DNA of 64,000 nt from assembly GCA_002104945.1 (NCBI GenBank), contig MCFH01000020.1, forward strand, positions 744,001 through 808,000, read 5' to 3'. A program made the position numbers and the translations under genes. The notes beneath the pieces were generated by a model. That model saw only the letters and a list, made by a program, of their open reading frames with translations, searched no databases and had not been told where the DNA came from. The stretch comes from Piromyces finnis finn. Its lineage: Eukaryota > Fungi > Neocallimastigomycota. This document shows, piece after piece, positions 15,403 to 29,000 of this stretch (the stretch's first letter is position 1; the number at the start of each line of letters is the position of its first letter).

Positions 15403-16764
15403 TTAATCTTTTGGTTTTTTGACGTCTGAACTAATAAGTTTAATATTACTGAGATTTCCAATATTTCCTGACTTTTCATTTGAAGTTGATCCATTACTAA
15501 TTACTTTGTGAGGCTGAGAATTAGCGAAAGTAGATTGTAAAAACAAGATAACCATTTCATCACTGACATTAGTACAGGACTTTTGCAGATAGCTTTCCAT
15601 CATAGTTAAACGAATAATATATTCTAAATGACTAAGGAGACCCCATTGATTTTCTCCTGATGGTAATATACTGTTGTTTTTTGTGACGTTTGTTTTCTTG
15701 ATAACTTTTTTATTTTCACCATCTAAATCATTATCTTCAGGAATAAAATTATTGATTTCTAAAGCAATCCATTGTTCTTGAGAGACTCCCTCGACTTCAT
15801 CAGAGTTTTCAATAATAATCTTAAGAATTAAGACAGCTGAATTACATTCTTCAATGTTAAGTAAAGATCCAGAACTAGTGTAAAATAGTGACCTAATATT
15901 ATTTATATTATAAATAATCTTTTTGCCTGGGATGAAATTTTTTTCATTAGGATAATTATTAAGATTACTTTTACCATTGTCCAATTCTTCAGATTCATGA
16001 TATCTATCATCTTCCAAATTCTCAACAATTTCAAGTTCATAATCGTAATCTTTTGTCTTACTACTGACTCTATTAATAAAAGCTCTACATAAATTAAATT
16101 CTTCTTTCCAGGTCCAATCTACATCTTGTTTTCTTTGTCTTGATGAGCTAGTAAACAAAGAATACATTTTTAATGAAAAACTTGGGCCAACTTGGGCTTT
16201 GAGCTTATGACTTTCTATAAAAGCCTTTTCTGAGTTATAAAGCTCGGTTGTAGCCTTCATTAATTTTGATGGTGAAATTATGGTTTTTGGATAATTTTGA
16301 TTACTCTGTTGTAAAATAGTAGAAGAAGTTAATAACGCTAAATTTAAAATTGGAGTAATTTCATCAATCATATTAATAATTTCAGAGAGTGAGCTTATTA
16401 AGTAATCTTCAGAAAGAGTAGCAATTTTATTTTCATTTTTATAATTATTGCAATAATCAATTTCCTCATATAGTGAATTAATTTTATTTTTTAAAGGTGT
16501 AATGACTTCCATAGTTGATACTAAGGAAGTATTACCACGAGCTACAATAAGTTCAAACATATCAATTGTTGGAATAATCACACTCAATTTCATTTCCAAT
16601 TTTTGTTTTAATGCTTCTAAAGCTGATTTATTTTTTGTTTTATTTTGAATTTGATCTTTAATATGATTTACAGCAATTTTAGCAACATAACTAAAAGCTG
16701 ATTTACCAACAATTGATAAAGAATTACAAGTTAAATTTAATAATATTTCTTCAATTCCGGCCAT
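15403..16764 (-). CDS. YRB30: RanGTP-binding protein, Yrb30 family; 453 aa, intronless
   Basis: Uninterrupted ORF with KLEMKLSVIIPTIDMFELIVARGNTSL, FSLKMYSLF..WKEE and C-terminal LLSHLEYIIRLTMME, resembling the fungal Yrb30 Ran-binding family. Confidence 0.75.
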   Translation of the reverse strand: MAGIEEILLNLTCNSLSIVGKSAFSYVAKIAVNHIKDQIQNKTKNKSALEALKQKLEMKLSVIIPTIDMFELIVARGNTSLVSTMEVITPLKNKINSLYEEIDYCNNYKNENKIATLSEDYLISSLSEIINMIDEITPILNLALLTSSTILQQSNQNYPKTIISPSKLMKATTELYNSEKAFIESHKLKAQVGPSFSLKMYSLFTSSSRQRKQDVDWTWKEEFNLCRAFINRVSSKTKDYDYELEIVENLEDDRYHESEELDNGKSNLNNYPNEKNFIPGKKIIYNINNIRSLFYTSSGSLLNIEECNSAVLILKIIIENSDEVEGVSQEQWIALEINNFIPEDNDLDGENKKVIKKTNVTKNNSILPSGENQWGLLSHLEYIIRLTMMESYLQKSCTNVSDEMVILFLQSTFANSQPHKVISNGSTSNEKSGNIGNLSNIKLISSDVKKPKD

Positions 16765-17264
16765 AATAATATTAATTTATAAGAAAACTAATAAAAAAAA
16801 TCAGTTAATATATATGACTGTCTAAATACGATCTATAATATAATTAATGTTTTAAATGCCTATTTATATTTTTTTTTGTTATCATTACTCTTTACAATAG
16901 TAGAATTTTTAAAATTTTCGTTATAAAACTAATAAAACTAATATAATTGAAGTTTTAAATTACATTAAATATTATTATAAAAATAATAGAGCTGATGGTA
17001 AACAACTTATGTTTATAATAATGATAATAATATAATTATTATTTACAATTTATTAGACTTTATATTATTATTTGATTAGATTTAAGATTGCTAAGTAATA
17101 TTTTTTACTTCTAATAAAAAAAAAAGAAAAAAAAAAAAGTATTATATATTGATTTATATATTAATATTAAAGTTTTAATAATAATTAAAGTTATTAATTT
17201 TATATTTAAAAATTATAGAATTTATAATAAATTCTATAATTATTACAAAATAATTTATATTTTC

Positions 17265-17295
<31 letters not shown>

Positions 17296-17516
17296 ATTTT
17301 TTTATTAAAAAATGTAACTGTTTTTTTTTTTTTTTGATTATTATTGATGCTTATTTATAAAATGAAGATAATAACAACTAGTTTTTTTATTATAAAATAA
17401 ATGAAAAATTAAAAATTAAAACGATGAATAAAATTTTTAATTAATAACAATTATTGTTTTATAGAAATTGGAATCCTTTTTTTCTACACATAAAAATATA
17501 AACTAAATAATCACGC

Positions 17517-19319
17517 TTATTTATTGTTCTTTTTTTGAGCTTTTTTTTCCTCTTCTTCTCTCTTTTTTTTAACCTTTTTATCAATTTGGTCGTATTTTTC
17601 AACACTTTTTTTCACTGATGATGGAAGATGATCATAACATTGTTTGCATAAAGGTTTTAAATCCCATTCAAAGAATGGTGCTTTTGTTATATTAAAATCT
17701 AAATTACAACCAAAACAAGTAAAGTGATTTTGACACCATTTTTTGTTCATAGCAGTAATAACTATTATTTATATAAATATATTAATATATAAAATCATGT
17801 ATAATAAAAAGATTTTTAATTTTATAATTACCTTTTCCTGAAGCTGGATGTTTACATCTACCACAATTTGATTGTGTTAATTCATTATAATGCAGCATAC
17901 AATATGGTTTATCTTGATATTCATAGAATACACTATCATCAAAACGTTTTTCACATTTAAAACATACGAAATGCTATTCCATATAATTTATATTATTAAT
18001 TTCAATATCGTATTAAAATTATAGGAATATTAAAAATAGAATAAAATTGTATATAATTTATTTTTTAATATTTAAATAAAGCTTACTTCTGTGTGGAAAT
18101 CACGACCTAAAGCAGTTATACTTGGACCTTTATATATATAAATTTACGAAAATATTTTAATAACTCAATCTAGGTACATTCATAATTTATACTAACTGAA
18201 ATTTAAATAATATTATTATATAAATAATTCATACCAAAGATTGGACGACGACAAGTATAACAAACAGGGGCTGTAACAATTTCATAATCCTTTGGGCAAT
18301 ATAGTTTTCCTTCATATTCTACACAATCTGCACCTAAAATAGTTTTACAAACAGTGCATGGAAAATGAAATGCATGGTATCTAATGCCTTTAAGAATCAA
18401 TAAATCTTCTGCAGCAATTGGCTTTTTACATTTACCACATGCTTCTTTTCTTAGCTTTTCCTCTTTTGTTGTAATAAATATAATAGTTTTTAATAATTAC
18501 AATTTAGTTATTTTTTACTTAAATAATGTTTTTTATAATATATATAATCGTGGAAATCTTAAATATTATATAAAAAGTTATGTTTAACTGTATTTACTAA
18601 ATACCTTGTTGTTTAATTAAAGCAATACATGGTTTACAATATGGTTTACCATTTCTATTAATGAACGGCATGTTTTCCAATAAATTTCCACATTCTTCAC
18701 ATGTAAAGTGTTCAGAGTGCCATGTCATATTCATTGCTGTTAAACATTTTCCTAGAATAATTTGACCACATTTACCACAACGATTACTATTAAAAAAATC
18801 ATATTTAATAATTTTTATTGTATATAATATATAAATATATTTATAATTTTTTTAAAGTTTCTACCCAAATAAAACGCTGTTATCATATTCACAATATAAC
18901 CCATTCTCATTTTCGAAAATATTGCTACCTTCCGGGAAAGGCATTAAGCATTGATGACATCTAATATTTAAATTTAAATATAAATAATTTTAGTGAAAGA
19001 ATAAAAAGAATTATATTGAATATAAAGGCTTAAAAAAAAGTGAAATGTATATTATAAGTAAAAAAAAATTAAAAAATTCCTTCTTCTAAAAAAAAAAAGA
19101 AAAGAAAATCATTATAAGAAACAATATAAAATATTTCAAGAAAAACATCTTTTTTTATATTAGTATTTATACCAATATTATCGTATATACATACACAAAA
19201 CAATCATTATGATATGATTTTTTCCCTTTTGTCATGCCTTCTAATACTTTTTCTTTACATATTGGACATATTGTATCAATTTCAAAATTATCAATCGACG
19301 GTTCAACTACTGTAGCCAT
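17517..19319 (-). CDS. LIMS1: PINCH (LIMS1/UNC-97-like) five-LIM-domain adaptor; 7 exons
   Basis: All introns are GT-AG with consistent phase. Translation includes YHNDCFVCHQCLMPFPEG..YCEYDNSVLFGNRCGKCGQIILGKCLTAMNMTWHSEHFTCEEC..HFVCFKCEKRF..YCMLHYNEL..VITAMNKKWCQNHFTCFGC..FFEWDLKPLCKQCYDHLPSSVKK, collinear over its whole length with animal PINCH (five tandem LIMs, no paxillin-type LD N-terminus). Confidence 0.88.
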
Positions 19320-20879
19320 ATTCTAAATATATATTTATTTAATATTAAATATTGATGATAAATAATAAATTTATATCGAGACAATTTTTTTTATGTAATT
19401 TTTTGTTTTTTAATATATATAATAAAATAAAATTTTTTTATTATATATTTAAACTTTAAAAAATAATGCTTTTAAATTTCTTTAATATTTTTATTCTTAA
19501 AATAATAGTAAAAATATTAATGAATAAAAATATATCTAGAAGGATTTATTATTAACTTAAATACTTATTTTATTTTTTAAATTTGTTCTTTTTAATATCT
19601 TTTAATTATCTTCGTTTTAGCAAAATTAAAAATATTAGATATAATAAAGTTAAAAAAACAAGATTGCACTAAATCTATATTCAATCAATCAATACTTATC
19701 TTTAAAAGTCCGAATAACTTTTAATACATAATTACTTTTTAATATTAGGACTTACCTTTGGGTAATAAAAATTCCAGATATTAAAAACATGTAAACATAC
19801 ATGAGTTAAACGGAAAATTATATAATCTTTTTTTTTTTGTTTTCATCAATTAAAATATTCAAAATTTTTACTTTTCATTATTGGGGTTAGATAATATATA
19901 TATTTATATTTTTTTTTTAGGATTAAATAATAATATTTAAATTTTTTTAATTAAAATTATAATTAATTTAATAATAGTATTAAATAAATTAAATTTGAAT
20001 TATAAATAATAAATTTAAAAAGATGAATAAAAATTAATACTCTTATAAAAGTAAAATAAAGTAAAAATCAACTAAATAAATTGTTTAATTTTTTTAAACA
20101 TTTTTATTTTATTTTTTTATTTATTTTTTTATTGTTGTAGGAAAAAATAAGTTAAGGGTAAAAATCAATAAATTCTTAAATTAAAATGAAAATCAATAAA
20201 TTTAAAGTAAAGAATTAATAACTATTATAATTAATTAATTATAATAAGATAAAAAGTTAAAAAGCACTTTTAAAATTATATTATGATTAAATATCACCTA
20301 TTACAAGAATATAATAATAGCATTTATTTCAAATATATAGTACACTAAAATATATTAATTATCATTTAATATTTATAATGTACTTTTAATATATTTATAT
20401 ATTTATAATTCAATAATTTTCAATATTTATTATTTAAATAAATAACAACAAAAAATAATAAAATGTAATTGGAAATGTATTTAATTATGCATGGAATAGA
20501 TTTATTTAAAAAAAAGATAAAAAACATTTACCACAACAAGAAAATATACTTTTGAATATAAAACAAAAGATAAAATAATTAAAATTAAAATTTATATATT
20601 AAATATATAATTAGGAAAACAAATAATTATTGAATGGATAAACAATCTTTTAAAATATTTTAATTATTAAAATTTTTATTAATTTCAAAATGTAAAATGT
20701 ATTAATATTAAAAATTAAATATTATATACGAATTAATATATATTTTTAATATACATCTATTTTTTACATCTATAACAACTTTTATAAAATATATATCTTA
20801 ATATAATTATATATAACTTCAAAATTTTTTATTGATTATTTAAATAATATATAATTCAAAATAAAGTAGTAGTCAAAAA

Positions 20880-22599
20880 ATGTCTGAAAAGATTTCTATG
20901 GAAGAAAAGTTAAAAATTGCACATCAATTCATTTTAGAAAGTCCACCTGGTGAATTAAACGATGTATTTAATGGTTAGTATTATTGTTAAAAATAAATTT
21001 TAAGAGCTTAAATAATTATATATATATGTTGTGTATCAATGAATTTTTTTTTTTTTTTTTTTTTACAATATTTTAAAAAAATACTTTAAATAAATAATAA
21101 TAAATACAACTTCAAAATTATAAATAATAAATCATTTGAAAAATTAATTAATAGATTTAATTGTTCTTCTTGATGTTGACGATTACAAGGATTTATTACC
21201 TCAATTTGTTAAAAGCTTCCAAGAATACAACAATACCAATTTCATTCCAGTTGAAATTCCTGACCAAAAAACTAAAGTATGAATACATATATTTTTCAAA
21301 TTAATAGAAATTAAAAGTTTAAAAAGAATTTATTATAATGTATTATAATGAAATTTAAAAACATTATTGAATTTCAATGATGATATAAATTATTAACGAA
21401 TTTTTTTACTAAAATATATAAAAAAATTATTATATTTGAAAAGGCTATTATCTCTAAGTTTGGTATGATTGATGATGAACATTATCTCGATCCAAGAAGT
21501 GGAAATTCTTTTGCTTTTGATCACTTCCATCAAGTAAATTTTTATAAAAGTTTCATTTAATAATATACATATTAATATGAATAATAATATATATATAACA
21601 TAACATATAATATAACTTTATAAAAAATTCCATAATAAATTATAGAAAGTTGATGATGTTCAAAAAGTGGAAATTGAAGAAAACGATGAAATAAAACTTC
21701 GGTATATATTTATCATTTAGTATTTATTTAAATAAATAAATAAAAAAAATATAATATAGAAAGTAATTCTGATTTTGTGTTTATTAATATATAATATTTA
21801 AAGTGGAGCCGTTGATAAGGAAATTCAAAAGTACGTTAGTGAACACTTCCCAGAAGGTGTTAATGCTGTTTATTATAAGGATGATAAGATGACCATTATT
21901 ATTACAGCTAATAAATACAATCCAGATAATTTCTGGTAAATATATGATAAAACAATTGCACAATTATGATTCATTATTAAATAAAATATATAATTCATAT
22001 TTATTATTTGATATATATTTAAAAATTAGGAATGGTAGATGGCGTTCAATATACCACATCAATACAGAAAATAATGAAGTAACTGGTTATATTAAAAGTA
22101 ATGTTCACTATTATGAAGATGGTAATGTTCAATTAGAATGGAAGAAAGATACTACTTTTACATTAACAAAAGATAAGGTAATAAACAAAATCATAAATGT
22201 TTTTTTTTATATTATTGTGTTATAATCTCTCATTATTATTGTTTGAAAAATTAAAAATTTTTACAAATAAAAATTAATAGAGTAACATAGAAGAATATGC
22301 AAAGAATATTGCAAAAGGTATTGATGAATTTGAAAGAAATGCTGAAATTTCATTAAAGGAAACCTATAATGATCAAGCTGATAATATCTTAAAGTCTTTA
22401 AGAAGAGCTCTTCCAGTTACTAAGCAAAAGATGGGTAAATATTTTTAATTTATTAGACATAGTGATTATATCAATTTTGAAATATAATATATATTAATTT
22501 TTATTATATTAAAATTACATATATTTTTTGTTACTCAAAGATTGGAACCAAATCTCATACTTTAAATTGGGAAATGAATTAAATCCAAAATCAAAGTAA
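20880..22599 (+). CDS. CAP1: F-actin capping protein subunit alpha (Cap1/CapZ-alpha); multi-exon
   Basis: Spliced translation has FILESPPGELNDVFND, NKYNPDNFWNGRWRS, VHYYEDGNVQL and KSLRRALPVTKQKMDWNQI..KLG; stop TAA 22597-22599. Confidence 0.97.
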
Positions 22600-22727
22600 A
22601 TTTAGTAGAATCCATAAAAATGAAAGATTATATATAGTTAAAACTATTTTAATCAAAGTAAATAAAAGGAAGATAAATAAATAAATAAAAATAATAATTA
22701 AAATATTAAATGTTAATACCAAATCAA

Positions 22728-22759
<32 letters not shown>

Positions 22760-23917
22760 AGAAAAAAAAATGTAATAAAAAAACAAATAAGCAAAAAAAC
22801 TATATTAAATATAAAACATAAATGTAAAATGTGTAAAAAAAAAAAAGAAAAAAGTTATTAATAATTAAAAATAGTAAAAAAATAAAAATAAGAATAACAA
22901 CAAAGTTATAATGAATATTCATATTGTTTTTGATGATTTTAATGAATAAATAGTAGCATACTGTTTAATGTTAAGTTTTTAATATAATATATAATATATA
23001 TATATAATGCCTTTTTGTTTTTTATTTACTCAAACCCTCATCTTTTAATAATTATTGTTTTATTGTTTAGTTTGTTTTATTAAGAATATTAATTTAATTT
23101 TAATATAAATAAATTAAAGTTTTATAAGTATTGTTTTTTAAAGACATATAATTTTTAACTAAACCACCACACTAAAAACAATGAAAAAGCTTTTTATATT
23201 TATTTAAAAGTAGAAATTAAAAATAGTATGAAAGTTATTCATTAGTAAATTATTAGGTATAATTCTTATTAATGAATTTTCAAATGTTCATTTTAAATTA
23301 GGATAAGAAATTTGAAAGCTTATTTTCAATTAATTATTATAAATAAGGAGCTTTTTTATTGCCTAAAAAATCTGAAATCTGAAATTTAAAAAAACTAATT
23401 TTTGTAAAATAATTTATTAATAGATTTTTAAAATGAAATACAACCAATTTAATAATATTGAATTTAGGTAATAATAAATTAATAAAAGTTAAATGAAATT
23501 TCAAGTATATTCATTTTAAATTGAACCTTTAAATTATTAATTTTCACAGAATTATTTATTTAATAATCATCTTTGAATTTAAATTAACCAAATTTTAATA
23601 ATATATATATAAATATTTTAAGTAATCATCAAAATAGATTTCATTATAATAAATTAATTAAATTTACTTATATATTTCCAAAATAGATTTAATAATCAAT
23701 TGAAATCCTCAACAAAGATATACGGAATTTAGAAAAATTAGTAAGAAATTTTAATATTTAAAATAATTAAATTCTATTAACAAAAACATATTTTGTTAAC
23801 AGAATTTAGGATAATAGAATATATTTATTATTTTATATTTTATATACTTTTGAGTTTGGTTTAAATTAACTTCTATTTTATTTGTAATATATCAAAATTA
23901 AGAATATAATTTTTTTT

Positions 23918-23948
<31 letters not shown>

Positions 23949-25298
23949 GAATACTGCCTTGGATATTCATAGAAGAAATAAAATTTATTATATTTGTCCT
24001 TGATTATAATCGGAAGATGTTGATGTCTAAAATAGAGATTTATTTTATAAGAAAAAAGTATATTCGAAAAAAAAAAAAAACAGAATAATATAAATATATT
24101 TTATTCTAATTATTTATATAACTAGGAATTAATATATATATTTTTTAATGTTGCTCAGTATACTATAATATTTAAATAATGGATGGTTAATATTTTTTTA
24201 TAGTATTCGACATATTATACATACATATTTTCTTTAATAACTTAGATGAAGTATCCATTAATCCATTACAATAATCTTTTAAAACCATAAATACAATTTA
24301 TAAAGTTTATCTAGAGTATAATTAATAATTAAAAATATATTTTAATTAATAAAAAATCATAATTAAAAAATATATAAATTAAAGAATAACATTAACTCTA
24401 TTATTATAAAAAAAGGTTAATTAGAGATTAAATATTTTAATATAATATATTAAAAATAATATGTTTAATAACATCAAAGAATAAAATAATATGTTTAATT
24501 TAATAATATTACAAATTATAATCATTAATAAATTGGGTTTTTTTTTATTATTATTATTTATTTTTATATAATAATAAATAACATTTTTATATCAAAAAAA
24601 GAAAAAAAAAAAAAAAAAAAAAAAGAAAAAATAAAAGATTTAATTTTTAATTATAAATATATTAAAAATTTCAAAAAATCAATATCTTTATATTTATTAT
24701 TTTTTTTTTTAAATTTGTATCTTTTATTGATTAATCTGATAAAGTTAAAATATTTTATTTAAGGAGATAAATGAAAAATAAAAAAAAGAAATAATAAAAG
24801 CATTATAAGATACTATTTTTGAAAAATAAACATGACCATATGAAAATCAGTTTATCTTATAGTAAATATTCAAATAAAAATTTTATTCTAATAATTGTTA
24901 TTATTTTTATATCGATAATACACATTAAGAATTAAATAGTAATTAAATATTAATTACTCAATTCATAATAACAATATGGGGATATATATTCTTTTGTTGA
25001 TAATATAACATTCTTATATTTTATTAATTATAACTAAATAAATAAAAGGGAGAAATTATTTTAAAGTTTACCATAAATCAATTCTAAATAAATCATTTAA
25101 TATAATAATGAAACTATTTTATAAAAAATATTAAAATTTTAATTTTATTATTATCAACCATTTCATATATTAAATATTTTTATATAAACCTTGAATTTAT
25201 TTGAAAACCTAACATTTTATTAATTGGTAATATTCAATTTACTTTTTCATTTATTAACCATTAATATATATATTTGTTGAAAATAGAATATATATTTT

Positions 25299-25435
25299 CA
25301 AAACAAAACAAAACAAAAAAATTAAACATAAAAAACAAAAATAAAAAAATAAAAACAAAAGCAAAGCAAAAGCAGGAAAAAACAAAACAAAACTAAACAA
25401 ACTAAAATAAACGAAACAAAAACAAAAATAAAAAC
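25299..25435. repeat. Degenerate (AAAAC)n / A-rich purine-skewed tract
   Basis: About 140 nt of A runs interrupted by single C, G or T, about 600 nt upstream of the 26015 ATG. Confidence 0.7.
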
Positions 25436-26014
25436 ATTACCATTTTTTTTTTTTTTACAATAAATCATAACCTAGATACTTCGAATTATAAAATAAGTAA
25501 ATATAAAGAAGAAAAATAATATCCATATATAAAATTTTTATTTGTATTAAATCAATTTAATAAAATATATTTATATTAATATTAAATTAAATTTCTAGAA
25601 AAATAGAAAGAAAATTCAAATTTAATAGATAATAATTCAATAGACAATATTCTCTTTAAAAAATTATTTTGTAAGTGTTATTAAAAAATTAAATTTTAAG
25701 ATATTTTTTTAATAAAAATTATATCTTTATTTAAAATATTATAGAAATATAATAATAGTGATTCTAAAATTAAAAATACTAATAATGATACCTTCTATAT
25801 GTAATATATTTATTTTTTTATTTTATTAATAAAATTTAAATAGTATAAAACATTAATTTTTTAAAAAATAGCATAAAAGAATATTGAGGAAATCTGTTTG
25901 TCTTTTTAATTAAACATATAATTAAAATAATACAAAATTTGCAACAATAATTTACATAGTTTGGATTCACACGCTCATTTTTATTAAATTTAATTTCAAA
26001 AAATAAATACAATA

Positions 26015-29000
26015 ATGAGTAGTGGTAAAAGTCATAAATCTTCAAAAAAGACACCTTCTAAGAAGATGTCAGTATATTCAATGGTACCAACTCTTTTTAT
26101 TCTTGAACGGCCTAGTCCTTCAAAGTATTTAAATCCTTCACGGCCTATAAATAATCGTAATACTTTTTTTTTATTATATTTAAAAATTACTAATTTAAGA
26201 TTTTATTTATTTTATTAATATATTATATTTATTAATTTATATGTAATAAAATAATAATAAAAAATTTTTTTATGAATATGTTAAAAAACATATTTTATTA
26301 GAAAAATTACATCCACTTGCAGAATCATATACTCCTTCAAATGATGAAAATTTAATGGTAGATAAAAAGTTAAATAAATCTAGTAGCATTGAAAACATAT
26401 TTGGTGAATCAGAACAAAGTAGTTATAAATTAACTATTACATCCAATAATGATGAAATAGGTTCTTCTATTGGAAAAATTGATGGACATTTAAAAAGAAA
26501 TTGTGGTTTAGAATTAACAAGTAAATAGTCAAAACTATTATAAGAAAGTGCTATAATAAAAGTTTTATAAAATATTTCAAAAATAAAATATTAATATATA
26601 TATATATTTTCACAAAACATATTATACTCATCATTATATCTATAATTATTAAAATGATTTATCTTTTATTCATCATTGTTATATTATAAATTACTACATA
26701 AACATTGTTCAATGTTGTTGTTGTATTATAGTGGAAGAAAATAAAGATGAATTAGAAATTAATATAAAATTTGCAACAAGATGCCTTATTAGTTCTTTAA
26801 ACATTGAGTTTTTAACAACTATTGGAAAACCAAAAAAATTATATACCCCTCGTTCAGCCAAAACATCTAGAGAATTTTCAAAATGTATGATAGTAGAAGA
26901 ACAGGAATCAAGTTCAGATAATTTCGTTGGTGGTGAAAAAGATACCGTAAAATTAAATACAAGAAAAAGAGTTAGTAAGGTTCCAACAATAGAAACAGAT
27001 GATATACAAAATTCATCAAATTTAAATGATACACTCAACTCAATTGATGATCGTTTTAAAGATAAAAGTTTCAATAGAAATTATAATCCAAGAGTTAGCA
27101 ATTTACGTCATTCTCCTTCAAAATCCAATAAATCAGAAAGAGTATATGTTCCGTTAAATGATATTAATGATAATATTGAAGAAGATGATGAAGCTCAAGA
27201 TACATTGGGTGAATTAAAATGTAATAATGATTGTATACCATTTCCATCATTAAGTCAAATAACATCCTTTGAACCCAAAGTACCGCCGAATACTCCATCT
27301 GATGATGATAATGATACTATTCCTTTCCCATCTTCAAATACTAATATGGAAAAGACAGAATCTTTCCCATCTTCTAATTCTAGCAAAATTGAAGATACTA
27401 TACCGTTACCATCATCAAATAATGAAGAAGATTCAATACCATTCCCATCTTCAAATAATGAAGAGAATTCTATTCCATTTCCAACATCTAATAATGAAGA
27501 GAATTCTATTCCATTCCCAACATCTAATAATGAAGAAAATTCTATTCCATTCCCAACATCTAATAATGAAGAAAACTCAATACCATTTCCATCCTCGAAT
27601 AATGAAGAAAACTCAATACCATTTCCATCCTCGAATAATGAAGAAAACACCATACCGTTCCCAACATCAAATAATGAAGAAAACACCATACCATTCCCAT
27701 CTTCAAGTAGTGAAGAAAATTCAATACCATTTCCTTCTTCAAACAATGAAGAAAATTCAATGTCATCATCATCTTCGAACAGTGAAGAAAATTCCATTCC
27801 ATTTTCGTCTTCAAATACAAAATCTAATACATCAAATCTTAATCCACGTTCCAGTTCTGTTCCTAAACAAAAACCTATATTAGAAAAGAAAATAAACGGT
27901 GGCAGAAAAGGAAGAAGAAGATCTATTAGTAGTCCACCACCACCCTTCCCTGATTTAAACACAACATTAAATCTTTCATCTAGTGACAATACAGAGAGTG
28001 ATGTTCTTTGCCATTTACGTGATATTGATGTTCAAGTGACTTATATGAAAGGTTATTCATCCTATACTGTAAGTTTTAATTATTATATTATTTTTATTAT
28101 TAGTATATATTAATTATTAATATGGAATTAATATATTAAATCAAAGTAAATTGAATTTTAAAATTAATTTATTATTCTTTTTTTTTTTTTTTTTATATTT
28201 ATAGCCTCAAGTAACACAAGTATCAAGAAATTTAATGAATTATGATAATAAGAATGCAGCAATGAAAGACAAGGAAACTAAAGTATTAATTTATGAATTC
28301 CGAATTATTGGTATAGCAGATGGTGTTAATATAAAAATTAAGAAAATTTTGGATCCTTTAGCTGAACCAGTAAATGTTTGAGTTTATTTTCTTTCTTTTT
28401 TTTATATATGAATATCATTAAGCACACATAATATTAATGTATTAATAATCTTTATCCAAAATAGACAAGGTTAAATCTTGACCCATTAAAATTAATTAGG
28501 ATTGCTGGTGTTAATGTTTATGCATCTCCTCAACCGAAGATGGTAATGCCATTAATGAATATGGTATCTTATATGGAAGTAAGTATATAATTGTATATTA
28601 AAATATAATAAATAAATAATTATAAAAATTAAATTAAATTATTTTTATTTTTTTTTCATCGAGATTAATAATCATCCAAAAACAGATATCATAGATGCTC
28701 ATATTTTATTAGGTTTAGCATTACATTCTTCACATAAAAGTGTTCAAGGCATTGAAATAATAAATAAAGCATTAGTAAGCATAATATAAATTTTAATATT
28801 AACCTTTAATATCACTATTTCAACTCATATTGATTTAATTTATTGTTTTGATTAGGATATTATAAAATATTTATTAACTTCAGGAGAAGTCTTCAAACAA
28901 TCTAATATGACATTTCATAGCCATTTAGCACAAACACCATATACTATAACATCAAAATCCGAAATATTTTTATATGTATATTTTATTCATATTTAATAGT

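Noticed and set aside
19748-19760. ACTTACCT resembling the U1 snRNA 5' end
   Set aside because: Lacks the ATACTTACCTG context, downstream stems and an Sm site; better explained as the complement of a minus-strand splice donor.
22600-26014. Decayed transposon in the long AT-rich spacers (also 33480-36773 and 46995-50054)
   Set aside because: No recognisable transposase or reverse-transcriptase motifs, terminal repeats or target-site duplications by eye; a RepeatModeler or tblastn search is needed to exclude it fully.
27388-27819. SIP in the repeat as an EB1-binding SxIP motif
   Set aside because: The sequence is N-S-I-P, not S-x-I-P, and the context is acidic rather than basic.
27255-27989. 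244-aa antisense ORF with GNGIEFSSLFED repeats, plus shifted-frame ORFs 27269-27883 and 27560-27820
   Set aside because: Shadows of the 36-bp coding repeat: a stop-free unit stays stop-free when repeated. The sense frame is the one that splices into a coherent gene.
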